Assembly: GCA_012518795.1 (NCBI GenBank)
Contig: JAAYRL010000006.1
Coordinates: 7-64,006, forward strand
DNA: 64,000 nt
From: Clostridiaceae bacterium
Lineage (GTDB): Bacteria > Bacillota > Clostridia > Saccharofermentanales > DTU023
Direction: 5' to 3'
The notes under the pieces were generated by a model, which was not told where the DNA came from, made no database searches, and saw only the letters and a list, made by a program, of their open reading frames with translations. The translations under genes and the position numbers were made by a program. Shown here one piece after another: positions 41,759-50,484 of the stretch; the stretch's first letter is position 1, and every line of letters starts with the position of its first letter.

Positions 41759-42292
41759 TTATTTGCTGCTTTCACTACGCGGAGTAAGATACATCACCAT
41801 GTGTCTTCCTTCAATACGGGGCTCTCGATCGACTTGAGAAATGTCTCCAACTTTTTCAATAAAGTCTTTCATTACATCATATCCTTGATTTTGGAAAGCC
41901 ATTTCGCGTCCTCGGAAACGAATAACCACCTTAACCCTATCACCGTTTTCCAAAAAACGTTGGGCTGCCCGAACTTTTACATTAGTATCATGTTCTTCAG
42001 TCGTCAGTTTTAATTGTACTTCTTTCAGGCTGGTAGTTTGTTGGTTTTTTCTTGCTTCACGTTCGCGTTTTGATTGCTCGTAGACGAATTTCCCATAATC
42101 CATCATTCGCGCAACTGGATTTGCCGGATTATCAGACATTAAGACTAAATCCAGATCCCTGGAATATGCCATATCCAATGCTTCATCTGTGCTGACAATC
42201 CCTACTTGATTTCCTGCTTCATCAATTAAGCGTACATTATCCACACGGATATTTTCATTAATTGTGTGGTTATGTTTGTTTGATCTAGCGAT
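41759..42292 (-). CDS. infC: Translation initiation factor IF-3 (probable non-AUG start)
   Basis: IF3 N- and C-domains (INENIRVDNVRLIDEAG, MDYGKFVYEQSKREREARKNQ). The track TTG at 42310 encodes the SD AGGAGG (42299-42304) as codons 3-4. The first in-frame codon at proper spacing (6 nt) is ATC at 42290-42292. Confidence 0.85.
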   Translation of the reverse strand: MARSNKHNHTINENIRVDNVRLIDEAGNQVGIVSTDEALDMAYSRDLDLVLMSDNPANPVARMMDYGKFVYEQSKREREARKNQQTTSLKEVQLKLTTEEHDTNVKVRAAQRFLENGDRVKVVIRFRGREMAFQNQGYDVMKDFIEKVGDISQVDREPRIEGRHMVMYLTPRSESSK

Positions 42293-42310
42293 AAGACACC
42301 TCCTAATCAA

Positions 42311-42505
42311 TTCTCTTCTTTTTTCGCTTCACTTATCGGTCACTTGAGCCATCGCCTTATTTACCCCATAAAAAAAGCGGATTGATTCCGCCCTCTAAAC
42401 ACATTAAAAGATATTAAAGTACTATAAAGTAACTATATCTTGTATTAACCTTTTCACAAATTTATTAAATGCTTAAGGTGAGATGGAATCTTCTTTTTAT
42501 CACTT
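42311..42505 (-). promoter_or_regulatory. infC leader with internal intrinsic terminator (putative L20-responsive attenuator)
   Basis: About 210-nt leader between the promoter and infC. It contains GCGGA-AUCAA-UCCGC plus UUUUUUU (plus 42370-42393). The position matches the L20 leader known upstream of infC in Bacillus. I did not verify the L20-binding structure. Confidence 0.45.
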
Positions 42506-42509
42506 GACT

Positions 42510-42538
42510 AATATACCGAGCAAATTGTATCTTGTCAA
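42510..42538 (-). promoter_or_regulatory. Sigma-A type promoter for infC-rpmI-rplT
   Basis: Minus strand has TTGACA (42533-42538), a 17-nt spacer and TATATT (42510-42515). Confidence 0.65.
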
Positions 42539-42601
42539 CCCATACACAAATTATAATTGTCAAATTGTCATTTTGGATATTATGGATTATATAAAATTAG
42601 C

Positions 42602-42934
42602 TGCACACTATTTAAGCTTGTACCGCTGAATTTTCGGATAACCTTGAAAAGTGTGCAAGGATAGCCCGGAAAACCTGGTTTTACTAAAGGCTTTGCACAC
42701 TATTTAAGCTCATGCAGGATTTTCGCGGTCCAACCTTAAAAAGTGTGCAAGGATAGCCCGGGGAAGCCGGTTTTATCAAAGAACTTGCACACTTTCTAAG
42801 CTCATGCAGGATTTCCGCGGTCCAACCTTAAATAGTGTGCAAGGATAGTCCGGGGAAGCCGGTTTTATCAAAGAACTTGCACACTTTCTAAGTTTATGCA
42901 GGATTACCGCAGTCCAACCTTAAAAAGTGTGCAG
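42602..42934. repeat. 92-bp structured tandem repeat x3.6 (element family L2)
   Basis: Units at 42602-42693, 42694-42785, 42786-42877 and a partial unit at 42878-42934. Each has a 15-bp stem TGCACACTnTnTAAG / CTTAAAnAGTGTGCA (13-14 of 15 paired) around a ~26-nt apex containing GTCCAAC. This is followed by AGGATAG, the small hairpin CCGG-GGAAG-CCGG, and TTTT. Confidence 0.9.
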
Positions 42935-42973
42935 CTTATGATAAAATTCAGATTGTAATCTTGTCACTTCAAC

Positions 42974-43040
42974 TTTATTATCTTTATTATCTATATTATC
43001 AATATCTATATTATCAATATCTATATTATCAATATCTATT
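42974..43040. repeat. AT-rich microsatellite-like arrays (9-bp x2, 15-bp x3) downstream of nagB
   Basis: TTTATTATC x2 (42974-42991) and TATATTATCAATATC x3 (42992-43036), ending about 22 nt from the nagB stop. Confidence 0.85.
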
Positions 43041-43061
43041 CAACTTATTATTTTTTCATTG

Positions 43062-43796
43062 TTATTTTTCGATAAGACTGGCTGCTTCTTTGTCCAAGCA
43101 AACAGTGATATCTTTATGTAGTTTTAATAAGGAAGCCGGTACTTGAGTATCGATGTATTCATCAGCAAAAGATTTGCAGACTTCTGCCTTATTAAGACCG
43201 TTTGCTACCAAAACAATCTTCTTGGCTTTAAAAATACCTTCCAAACCGAGTGTAATTCCTTGTTTCGGTACATCATCGATAGAATCAAAGAAACGTGCGT
43301 TATCTTTGATGGTTTTCGGGGTTAAATTTACAATATTGGTATTTGTATTTAATTTTGCACTAGGTTCATTAAAACCGATATGACCGTTCTGTCCAATTCC
43401 CAAAATCTGAATGTCGGCATAACCTAAATCCCTTAATCTTTGATCATAAAGTCTACATTCCTGCTCCAAATCATCAGCCAGCCCATTAGGCACAAAAGTG
43501 TTAGCTTTATCAATATTAATATGATCAAAAAGATATTCATTCATAAAATAGCTATAGCTTTGCGGATGATCACTTGACAATCCGACATATTCATCCAAAT
43601 TTATTGAAGTTACCTGACTAAAATCTATTTGCTTGTTTTTATTCATTTCAATCAATTTTTTATATAAACCAATCGGTGATGAACCGGTTGCTAAACCTAT
43701 AACCGGTTTCTCTGTTGAATTTATAACTTCTTTTACGATTTCTGCTGCATAAGCACTCATTTCATCGTAGCTTTCAAATACTTTGATCGTAATCAT
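43062..43796 (-). CDS. nagB: Glucosamine-6-phosphate deaminase
   Basis: MITIKVFESYDEMS..., GLATGSSP and LGIGQNGHIGFNEP. ATG at 43796 follows SD GGAGGA; the track start at 43817 is an upstream extension. Confidence 0.93.
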   Translation of the reverse strand: MITIKVFESYDEMSAYAAEIVKEVINSTEKPVIGLATGSSPIGLYKKLIEMNKNKQIDFSQVTSINLDEYVGLSSDHPQSYSYFMNEYLFDHINIDKANTFVPNGLADDLEQECRLYDQRLRDLGYADIQILGIGQNGHIGFNEPSAKLNTNTNIVNLTPKTIKDNARFFDSIDDVPKQGITLGLEGIFKAKKIVLVANGLNKAEVCKSFADEYIDTQVPASLLKLHKDITVCLDKEAASLIEK

Positions 43797-44046
43797 TTTT
43801 ATCCTCCATGGTAACAATGCGGTTGGTTAAATTAAAATATTATTTGCATTTTATTCTAACTGAATTTTTTAATAATATAAGATTATAGCAAATCAGATAA
43901 AACAGAGTCATTTCATAATATTAAAATTTTATTAAATATTAAAATAATTATTATTGCAGAAAGAATAATTGTTACATTACACCATATAATTCGTTATGTT
44001 CTCAATTTGCGGCTCATTTATCATTTTAAAAGTTGGCCGGATCGGT

Positions 44047-45204
44047 CTAACGTTGATAAACATTAATACCGTCGACGTAGGTTGCTTGTAATTTCATGTT
44101 CTGATCCAACACAATATAATCTGCCGGACAGCCTTTACTGATTCTGCCGCAAACATCCGCAATTCCCGAACTTTTTGCCGGAATCAGAGTTGCCATTTTA
44201 ATAGCTTCTTGTGGAGTTGCAATTCCCCAGTCTATCACATTATTAACTGCATCAATCAATTTAAGGCACGAACCTGCCAAACTATCTGAACCATCGGTTA
44301 AACGTACAGCACCATCTTTTGATTTTACAGGAAACTCGCCCAAGGTATAATCACCTTCAGGCATACCACCTGCCCGCATACTATCAGTAATCAAAGCAAC
44401 TCGGTCTGTTGTTTTTATTCTTATAGCTATTTGTGCAGCCCCCGGATGGACATGATGACCGTCACAAATCAGTTCTGCAACTGAGTTGTCCGTATTGAAA
44501 CACGCACCGACCATACCCGGATTTCTATGATGTAATCCACTCATACCATTATATAAATGAACAAAAACTTCGGCTCCGGCTTCTACTGCATCAACTGCCT
44601 CTGCATAATTTGCATCGCTGTGTCCCAGAGCTACAACTACTTTCTGTTTATTTAGTGCTTTAATAAAATCAATCGAACCTTTCCTCTCCGGTGCTAATGC
44701 AATTTTTTTAATCAAACCGTTTGCTGCAATTTGCCAACGGTCAAACAAGGCTAAATCAGGATCCAAAAAAAATTGAGGATTCTGTGCTCCCTTAAATTTT
44801 TCAGTAAAGAATGGACCTTCCAGATAAATACCTTGAATTTTTGCTCCATCTGATAAAGAAGCATTATCGGCAATAATTCGACATGCTGTTTCAATATTTT
44901 CAATTGAGTCCGTTAATGTTGTCGGTAAAAAAGAGGTGACACCGGCACTTGGCAGTTGTTTGCAAATTTCCAAGACACCGGCTCCGTTTAAATCCATAAA
45001 ATCATGGCTTATAAAACCGTGAATATGAGTATCGACCAATCCGGGGGCAATAGAAAAATTGGAAAAATCACGAATTTCCCAATCTGTATTGATAGGTAAT
45101 GTTTCGTAGAAATCTCCGATGACTCCATCGATAACTTCTAAATAGCCTTTTTGAGCAGTCTCTTCTTCGAAATAAAACTTATCTGCGTAGATTAAATAAT
45201 GCAT
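44047..45204 (-). CDS. nagA: N-acetylglucosamine-6-phosphate deacetylase
   Basis: 385 aa amidohydrolase (GLVDTHIHGF, LGHSDA, HLYNGMS). No SD is evident upstream. Confidence 0.9.
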   Translation of the reverse strand: MHYLIYADKFYFEEETAQKGYLEVIDGVIGDFYETLPINTDWEIRDFSNFSIAPGLVDTHIHGFISHDFMDLNGAGVLEICKQLPSAGVTSFLPTTLTDSIENIETACRIIADNASLSDGAKIQGIYLEGPFFTEKFKGAQNPQFFLDPDLALFDRWQIAANGLIKKIALAPERKGSIDFIKALNKQKVVVALGHSDANYAEAVDAVEAGAEVFVHLYNGMSGLHHRNPGMVGACFNTDNSVAELICDGHHVHPGAAQIAIRIKTTDRVALITDSMRAGGMPEGDYTLGEFPVKSKDGAVRLTDGSDSLAGSCLKLIDAVNNVIDWGIATPQEAIKMATLIPAKSSGIADVCGRISKGCPADYIVLDQNMKLQATYVDGINVYQR

Positions 45205-45220
45205 TTTGTATTTTGCTTTT

Positions 45221-45416
45221 TTAAAAATTCAGTTAACCCGGCAAATATATTTACTCTCACAATCAATTTATCTGTTGTTAAAAATCCGGTTGAGCCGGCA
45301 AATATATTTACCCTCACAATCAATTTATCTGTTGTTAAAAATCCGGTTGTCCGGCAAATATATTTACCCTCACAATCAATTTATCTGTTGTTAAAAATCC
45401 GGTTGAGCCGGCAAAT
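45221..45416 (-). repeat. 57-bp tandem repeat x3 plus a partial 4th unit that is the last 23 coding nt and stop of the TrpB2 gene
   Basis: Units at 45221-45277, 45278-45334 and 45335-45390 (56 bp), then 45391-45416 inside the CDS. Each unit carries TTAAAAATCCGGTTGAGCCGGCAAAT, which in mRNA sense is a CCGG-CUCAA-CCGG mini-hairpin followed by AUUUUUAA. Confidence 0.9.
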
Positions 45417-46770
45417 CGGCCAAGCCTTTAGCGATTGATTCATCCGTTGGCGGTGTATCGTCAAGATCATTTTCCCGATAGCGTCTGTATGCCGACATAT
45501 CAAAATATCCGGTACCGGTTAAGCCAAATAAAATTACTTTCTTCTCACCGGTTTCCTTACATTTAAGAGCTTCATCAATTGCTGCTTTAATTGCATGAGC
45601 AGATTCGGGCGCCGGGAGTGTGCCTTCGACTTTAGCAAATAGACCTGCTACTTCGAAGATTTCTTTTTGTGTTACACTTCTTGCTTCATCGAGATGACCA
45701 TCATGATAGAGTTGAGAAAGAATCGGACTCATACCGTGAAAGCGCAAACCGCCGGCATGTGACGCAGGAGGAATGAAACCATGCCCCAGAGTATACATTT
45801 TTGCTAAAGGAGTCACCTGACCCGTATCACAATAATCGTAAGCGAATTTTCCGCGGGTCATGCTGGGGCAAGATGCAGGTTCGACCGCAATGAAATATGG
45901 TGACTGTTTTCCGGCAAGACGATCCGCCATAAATGCACTCATCAATCCGCCTAAATTGGAACCGCCACCTGCACAGCCAATCACGATGTCCGGATAACGA
46001 TCAATTTTCTCCATCGCTAATTTACTCTCCAAACCGATAATACTCTGATGGATTAAAACTTGATTTAATACCGAGCCTAAAGTATAGCGATAGCCTTCAT
46101 TTGAAACGGCATATTCTACCGCCTCTGAAATTGCAGTACCCAAACTGCCGTTACGATTGGCCGGATCCTGCAACATTTTTCTGCCAACCTCGGTTGTATC
46201 CGACGGCGACATGGTAACATCAGCATTATATGTTTCCATAATCGCAACCCGATCCGGTTTTTGCTCGGCGGAAACTCTGACCATATAGACTTTGCAATCC
46301 AAATTAAAGTAACCGCAAGCCATTGCTAAAGCCGTACCCCATTGACCGGCGCCGGTTTCTGTAGTAACTCCTTTTAAGCCTTGTTCTTTGGCATAATAAG
46401 CTTGAGCTATTGCAGAATTCAACTTATGACTGCCCGAAGTATTGCCGCCTTCATATTTGTAATAAATTTCAGCAGGAGTATCCAAAGCCTCTTCCAGGAA
46501 ATAAGCTCTAATCAATGGAGAAGGTCTGAACATTTTGTAAAAATTCCGAATTTCCTCCGGAATTGGAATATACCGATCAGTTGCATTTAATTCTTGTTTT
46601 GCCAACTCTTCGCAGAATACCTCACTCAAATCTGCTACTGTCACCGGTTCCATTGTTGACGGATTAAGTAACGGACGATGATCGGTCTGCATGTCGGCTC
46701 TGACATTATACCAAGATTCAGGAATTTCGTTTTCTTTCAGATATGTTTTATATGGAACATTATTTCTCAT
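45391..46770 (-). CDS. TrpB-like PLP-dependent enzyme (TrpB2 type)
   Basis: 459 aa with the PLP lysine in GGNTSGSHKLNSA and a GGGSNLGG loop. Its length and N-terminal extension are typical of TrpB2 paralogs. No other trp genes are nearby. Confidence 0.8.
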   Translation of the reverse strand: MRNNVPYKTYLKENEIPESWYNVRADMQTDHRPLLNPSTMEPVTVADLSEVFCEELAKQELNATDRYIPIPEEIRNFYKMFRPSPLIRAYFLEEALDTPAEIYYKYEGGNTSGSHKLNSAIAQAYYAKEQGLKGVTTETGAGQWGTALAMACGYFNLDCKVYMVRVSAEQKPDRVAIMETYNADVTMSPSDTTEVGRKMLQDPANRNGSLGTAISEAVEYAVSNEGYRYTLGSVLNQVLIHQSIIGLESKLAMEKIDRYPDIVIGCAGGGSNLGGLMSAFMADRLAGKQSPYFIAVEPASCPSMTRGKFAYDYCDTGQVTPLAKMYTLGHGFIPPASHAGGLRFHGMSPILSQLYHDGHLDEARSVTQKEIFEVAGLFAKVEGTLPAPESAHAIKAAIDEALKCKETGEKKVILFGLTGTGYFDMSAYRRYRENDLDDTPPTDESIAKGLADLPAQPDF

Positions 46771-46851
46771 TTTATAACCTCTTATTATCTTTTAATATGG
46801 GACATTGTATCATAATTCGCAAAAACTAAATCATAATTTTCTGTTATAACT

Positions 46852-47547
46852 CTAGAGTTCTTCTAAATACAATAAATTCGGAATATTATGTAAATCTTCG
46901 AGGATACTTTCTCTCGATCTCTTTTCAATACTGCTGATCGTGACTAAAAAGGCAATACTATCTTCTGTTGGCACCGCTTCTTCAACTTGTAAATTTCGCA
47001 TTCTTAATCCTTGTTCACGTAAATGTTTCGCTAACGTTGACATCGATTGAAATTTTTTCAATTCAATAAAAACATCAAGAGAATTACTTCGTTCTCTGGT
47101 AATTTGATTAATTTTATCCATTAAAGTCATTATCAAAAATATTAAAATCGCACCACAAATGGCAATTTCATAAAAACCGATACCCACAGCCAGACCTATA
47201 CAAGCTGATGTCCATAGTCCTGCAGCTGTAGTAACCCCTTTTATCTGATTTCTTCTGGTAACAATGATTGATCCTGCCCCCAAAAAACCAATACCGCTAA
47301 TCACTTGTGCACCCATTCGAGTCATGTCGCCGGCATATCCTGATTGATAAATCATTTGATTTGTCATCATAACAATTGTTGCACCTAAACAAACTAACAT
47401 ATAAGTTCTTAGACCCGCAGCCATATTCTTTTTACCACGTTCTAAACCTATTATCAGCCCAATCACACATGATAAGAGTAAACGTATTAACAATTCGTAA
47501 ATTGTCAAAGCACGTAATTCCAACATGATAATAATCCTCCTAGTCAC
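46852..47547 (-). CDS. MgtC/SapB family membrane protein
   Basis: 231 aa with an N-terminal MgtC membrane domain (GLRTYMLVCLGA, GIGFLGAGSI) and a C-terminal soluble domain. Confidence 0.8.
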   Translation of the reverse strand: MTRRIIIMLELRALTIYELLIRLLLSCVIGLIIGLERGKKNMAAGLRTYMLVCLGATIVMMTNQMIYQSGYAGDMTRMGAQVISGIGFLGAGSIIVTRRNQIKGVTTAAGLWTSACIGLAVGIGFYEIAICGAILIFLIMTLMDKINQITRERSNSLDVFIELKKFQSMSTLAKHLREQGLRMRNLQVEEAVPTEDSIAFLVTISSIEKRSRESILEDLHNIPNLLYLEEL

Positions 47548-47633
47548 TTTTATATCATGTTATAAAAGCTAAGGTGAATTGTAAAATTTAATAAGTTAAT
47601 ATAATTTGGCATTAAATTATCACAGAATATACA

Positions 47634-50453
47634 TCAATTGTTCATACCAGCTATACTTGCTTGGGCACGGGTATCTTTGTGGTAGAAAAATTTAAAAATT
47701 TCACCGATTACAAATGGAATAATTGCTAAACAGCCAATTATCAGCCAATCTCTACCGCTCAAAGCAATCGTATGAAAATATGTTTGGAATATAGGTAGGT
47801 ATACAACAATCAGCATAAGTGCTGCCGAAATCAGAACCGATTTGTTCATAGTTGAATTGCTGAAAAATCCTAATTGGAATACTGAATAATGCTCTGAACG
47901 ACTGGAAAATGCTCTTAATAATTCGGCGAAAATCAAGGTGATAAAGGCAAAAGTTCTGGCACCAAGTGAAGGTCCGAATCCTGTTGCAGCAATAAAGCTA
48001 TAGGACGTTGCTTGAACTGTCGGATCTGTGAGCATTATATCAGGATAAAGGAAACGTCCGATTTGGAAAGCTGAAAATACTGCAATAAATATTGCAAGAG
48101 CTTGGGTAATAATCGCAGCTATCATTTCTCGATTAATAATCGATTCATCATTCTTACGCGGCGGATGCAGCATAATGTCTTTTTCTCCCTTTTCTCTGCC
48201 CAGAGCCAGAGCCGGGAAACTGTCCGTAACCAAATTTAACCATAATAATTGGATCGGAGCTAAAGGTGTAAATTGCGGCCCCAAAACCAAATTAGTAATA
48301 AATACGACCAGAATTTCACCGACATTACAAGATAATAGGAAACTGACAAATTTTCTGATATTGCTATAGATAATTCTGCCTTCCTCAACTGCCGTTACAA
48401 TTGTTGCAAAATTATCATCAGTCAAAATCATATCGGCTGAGCTTTTGGCAACTTCAGTACCGGTAATACCCATTGCAACTCCAATATCTGATTGTTTGAG
48501 AGCCGGAGCATCATTGACTCCGTCACCTGTCATCGCCGCAATATGGGCTTTGGCTTTTAATGCGGCAACAATTCTCACTTTATGCTCGGGCGATACCCTG
48601 GCATAAACAGCAACTTTATCGCATACTTCTTCCAGATCAGAATCGGACATTTTTTCCAATTCAGCACCGGTCAATACCTGATCTCCTTCTTGCATTAAGT
48701 TAAGATTTTTTGCTATTGCAACTGCCGTATCTTTGTAGTCGCCTGTAATCATCACGGCTCTGATGCCGGCGCCATGACAAACCGCTATCGCATCCTTAGC
48801 TTCCGGACGCGCCGGATCAATCATGCCGGAAAGACCGACAAAAATCATATCTTGTTCCGCATTTGAAAAATCTTGATCCGGATGTAGTTTATAAGCAAAA
48901 GACAAAACTCTGAGTGCAGAATTGGCAAAAGCTGAATTCGCCTCCAATACTTTTGCCTTAGCTGATTCTGTTAATTCAGCTACTCCGGCTTCAGTCAAAA
49001 TGTGAGTGCAACGATCCAGAACGATATCCGGAGCACCTTTGGTAAATGAAATATATTCTCCTTCAATTTCATGGAAAACTGACATCATTTTACGGCTTGA
49101 ATCAAAAGGCATATCGCCCAAACGAGGATATTTATCTTTTAAAACTTCCGGTAAAAGATTCTGTTTGGCACTTAGGGTCAGTAAAGCTCCTTCGGTCGGA
49201 TCACCTAAAACAGCCCAACTTTGATCATCTTTTTGAATCAGACCGGCTTCGTTACACAGAGCAGCAATTTCCAGCAATCTGGTCAATTCCGGTGAATTTT
49301 GTTTCACAACCTGATTCGAACTGAATTCAATTATCTCGCCCCGAGGTTCATAACCGGTCCCGGAAACCTCATAAAGTCTATCTGCAACATAAAGTCTGGT
49401 TACCGTCATTTCATTTTGGGTCAGTGTACCGGTTTTATCTGAGCAAATTGTATCAACACTGCCTAAGGTTTCAACCGCAAGCAGACGTTTTACTATTGCA
49501 TTTTTCTTTGCCATTCGATTCATGCCTAAGGCCAATACAATCGTAACAATTGCCGGTAAACCCTCAGGGATTGCCGCTACAGCCAAACTGACCGCAGTCA
49601 TAAATAATTCCAGTAAATCGCCGCCTTGGAATAAACCAACAACAAAAACGATTGCACAGACTGCCAAACAAATGATTGCCAGAATTTTTCCCAAATCGTT
49701 CAAATTCTTTTGTAAAGGGGTTGCCTCTTGTTCAATGCCTTTAAGACGTTTGGCTATTTTACCTACTTCGGTTTTTTCAGCAATTTCAAGAACAATGCCG
49801 CGACCACGCCCATAAGTTAAAGCGGTACTGGAAAAAATCATATTTGAACGATCGCCGATACCGAGTTCGGTATCGCAAGTAAATTCAGCATCTTTATCAA
49901 CCGGAACCGATTCGCCGGTTAAAGAAGCTTCTTCAGCTTGCAAATTACTGCTTTCCAAAAGTCTGATGTCTGCCGGAACAATATCGCCTGCTTCGAGAAT
50001 AACAATATCACCGGGCACGATATCAGCAGCTTTAATCATAGTTTGCTCGCCATCACGCAATACTCGTGCCTCCGGTGCCGCCATCTTTTGCAATGCATCA
50101 ATTGCTTTTTCGGCTTTACCTTCCTGATAGACACCAAGAATGGCATTAATTAAAACTATTGCAATAATTAAGATTGCATCGATTAACTCACCTAATATAC
50201 CTGAAATAATTGCCGCGACAATCAGAACGATTATCATCACATCCTTGAACTGTTCAAGAAATTTTTTCCAAAGCGGAACTGCTTGTTCAGCTTCCAGTTC
50301 ATTCGCTCCATAAATTGCCTGACGTTGTTTGGCTTCTGTTGAATTAAGTCCTGTCGCCGGGTCAGAATCAAGACGTTCAATTATCGTTTCCCTTGATAAT
50401 TGATAATGTTCTCCGGCTAGAAAACTGTTGTTTGTATTAGAAGTTTCTTTCAT
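47634..50453 (-). CDS. P-type cation-transporting ATPase (Ca2+ type, P2)
   Basis: 939 aa with the phosphorylation site CSDKTGTLTQNEM, plus TGES, MITGD and GDGVNDAPALK. Confidence 0.9.
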   Translation of the reverse strand: MKETSNTNNSFLAGEHYQLSRETIIERLDSDPATGLNSTEAKQRQAIYGANELEAEQAVPLWKKFLEQFKDVMIIVLIVAAIISGILGELIDAILIIAIVLINAILGVYQEGKAEKAIDALQKMAAPEARVLRDGEQTMIKAADIVPGDIVILEAGDIVPADIRLLESSNLQAEEASLTGESVPVDKDAEFTCDTELGIGDRSNMIFSSTALTYGRGRGIVLEIAEKTEVGKIAKRLKGIEQEATPLQKNLNDLGKILAIICLAVCAIVFVVGLFQGGDLLELFMTAVSLAVAAIPEGLPAIVTIVLALGMNRMAKKNAIVKRLLAVETLGSVDTICSDKTGTLTQNEMTVTRLYVADRLYEVSGTGYEPRGEIIEFSSNQVVKQNSPELTRLLEIAALCNEAGLIQKDDQSWAVLGDPTEGALLTLSAKQNLLPEVLKDKYPRLGDMPFDSSRKMMSVFHEIEGEYISFTKGAPDIVLDRCTHILTEAGVAELTESAKAKVLEANSAFANSALRVLSFAYKLHPDQDFSNAEQDMIFVGLSGMIDPARPEAKDAIAVCHGAGIRAVMITGDYKDTAVAIAKNLNLMQEGDQVLTGAELEKMSDSDLEEVCDKVAVYARVSPEHKVRIVAALKAKAHIAAMTGDGVNDAPALKQSDIGVAMGITGTEVAKSSADMILTDDNFATIVTAVEEGRIIYSNIRKFVSFLLSCNVGEILVVFITNLVLGPQFTPLAPIQLLWLNLVTDSFPALALGREKGEKDIMLHPPRKNDESIINREMIAAIITQALAIFIAVFSAFQIGRFLYPDIMLTDPTVQATSYSFIAATGFGPSLGARTFAFITLIFAELLRAFSSRSEHYSVFQLGFFSNSTMNKSVLISAALMLIVVYLPIFQTYFHTIALSGRDWLIIGCLAIIPFVIGEIFKFFYHKDTRAQASIAGMNN

Positions 50454-50484
50454 TTATCCACCTGCATTTTGTCATCTAAAAAAT

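Noticed and set aside
42709-42960. 14-codon ORFs inside L2 units (MQDFRGPTLKSVQG)
   Set aside because: No SD is present (AAGCTC precedes the ATG). Unit 1 lacks the ATG, and the substitutions between units include non-conservative changes.
42961-43146. Plus-strand ORF encoding YYLYYQYLYY...
   Set aside because: It is a translation artefact of the AT-rich 9- and 15-bp arrays and it overlaps the nagB 3' end in antisense.
45199-45438. Two plus-strand ORFs with repeated IYLLLKIRLSRQ segments
   Set aside because: They are translations of the 57-bp tandem repeat in two frames, with no SD, and they overlap the nagA start and the TrpB2 end.
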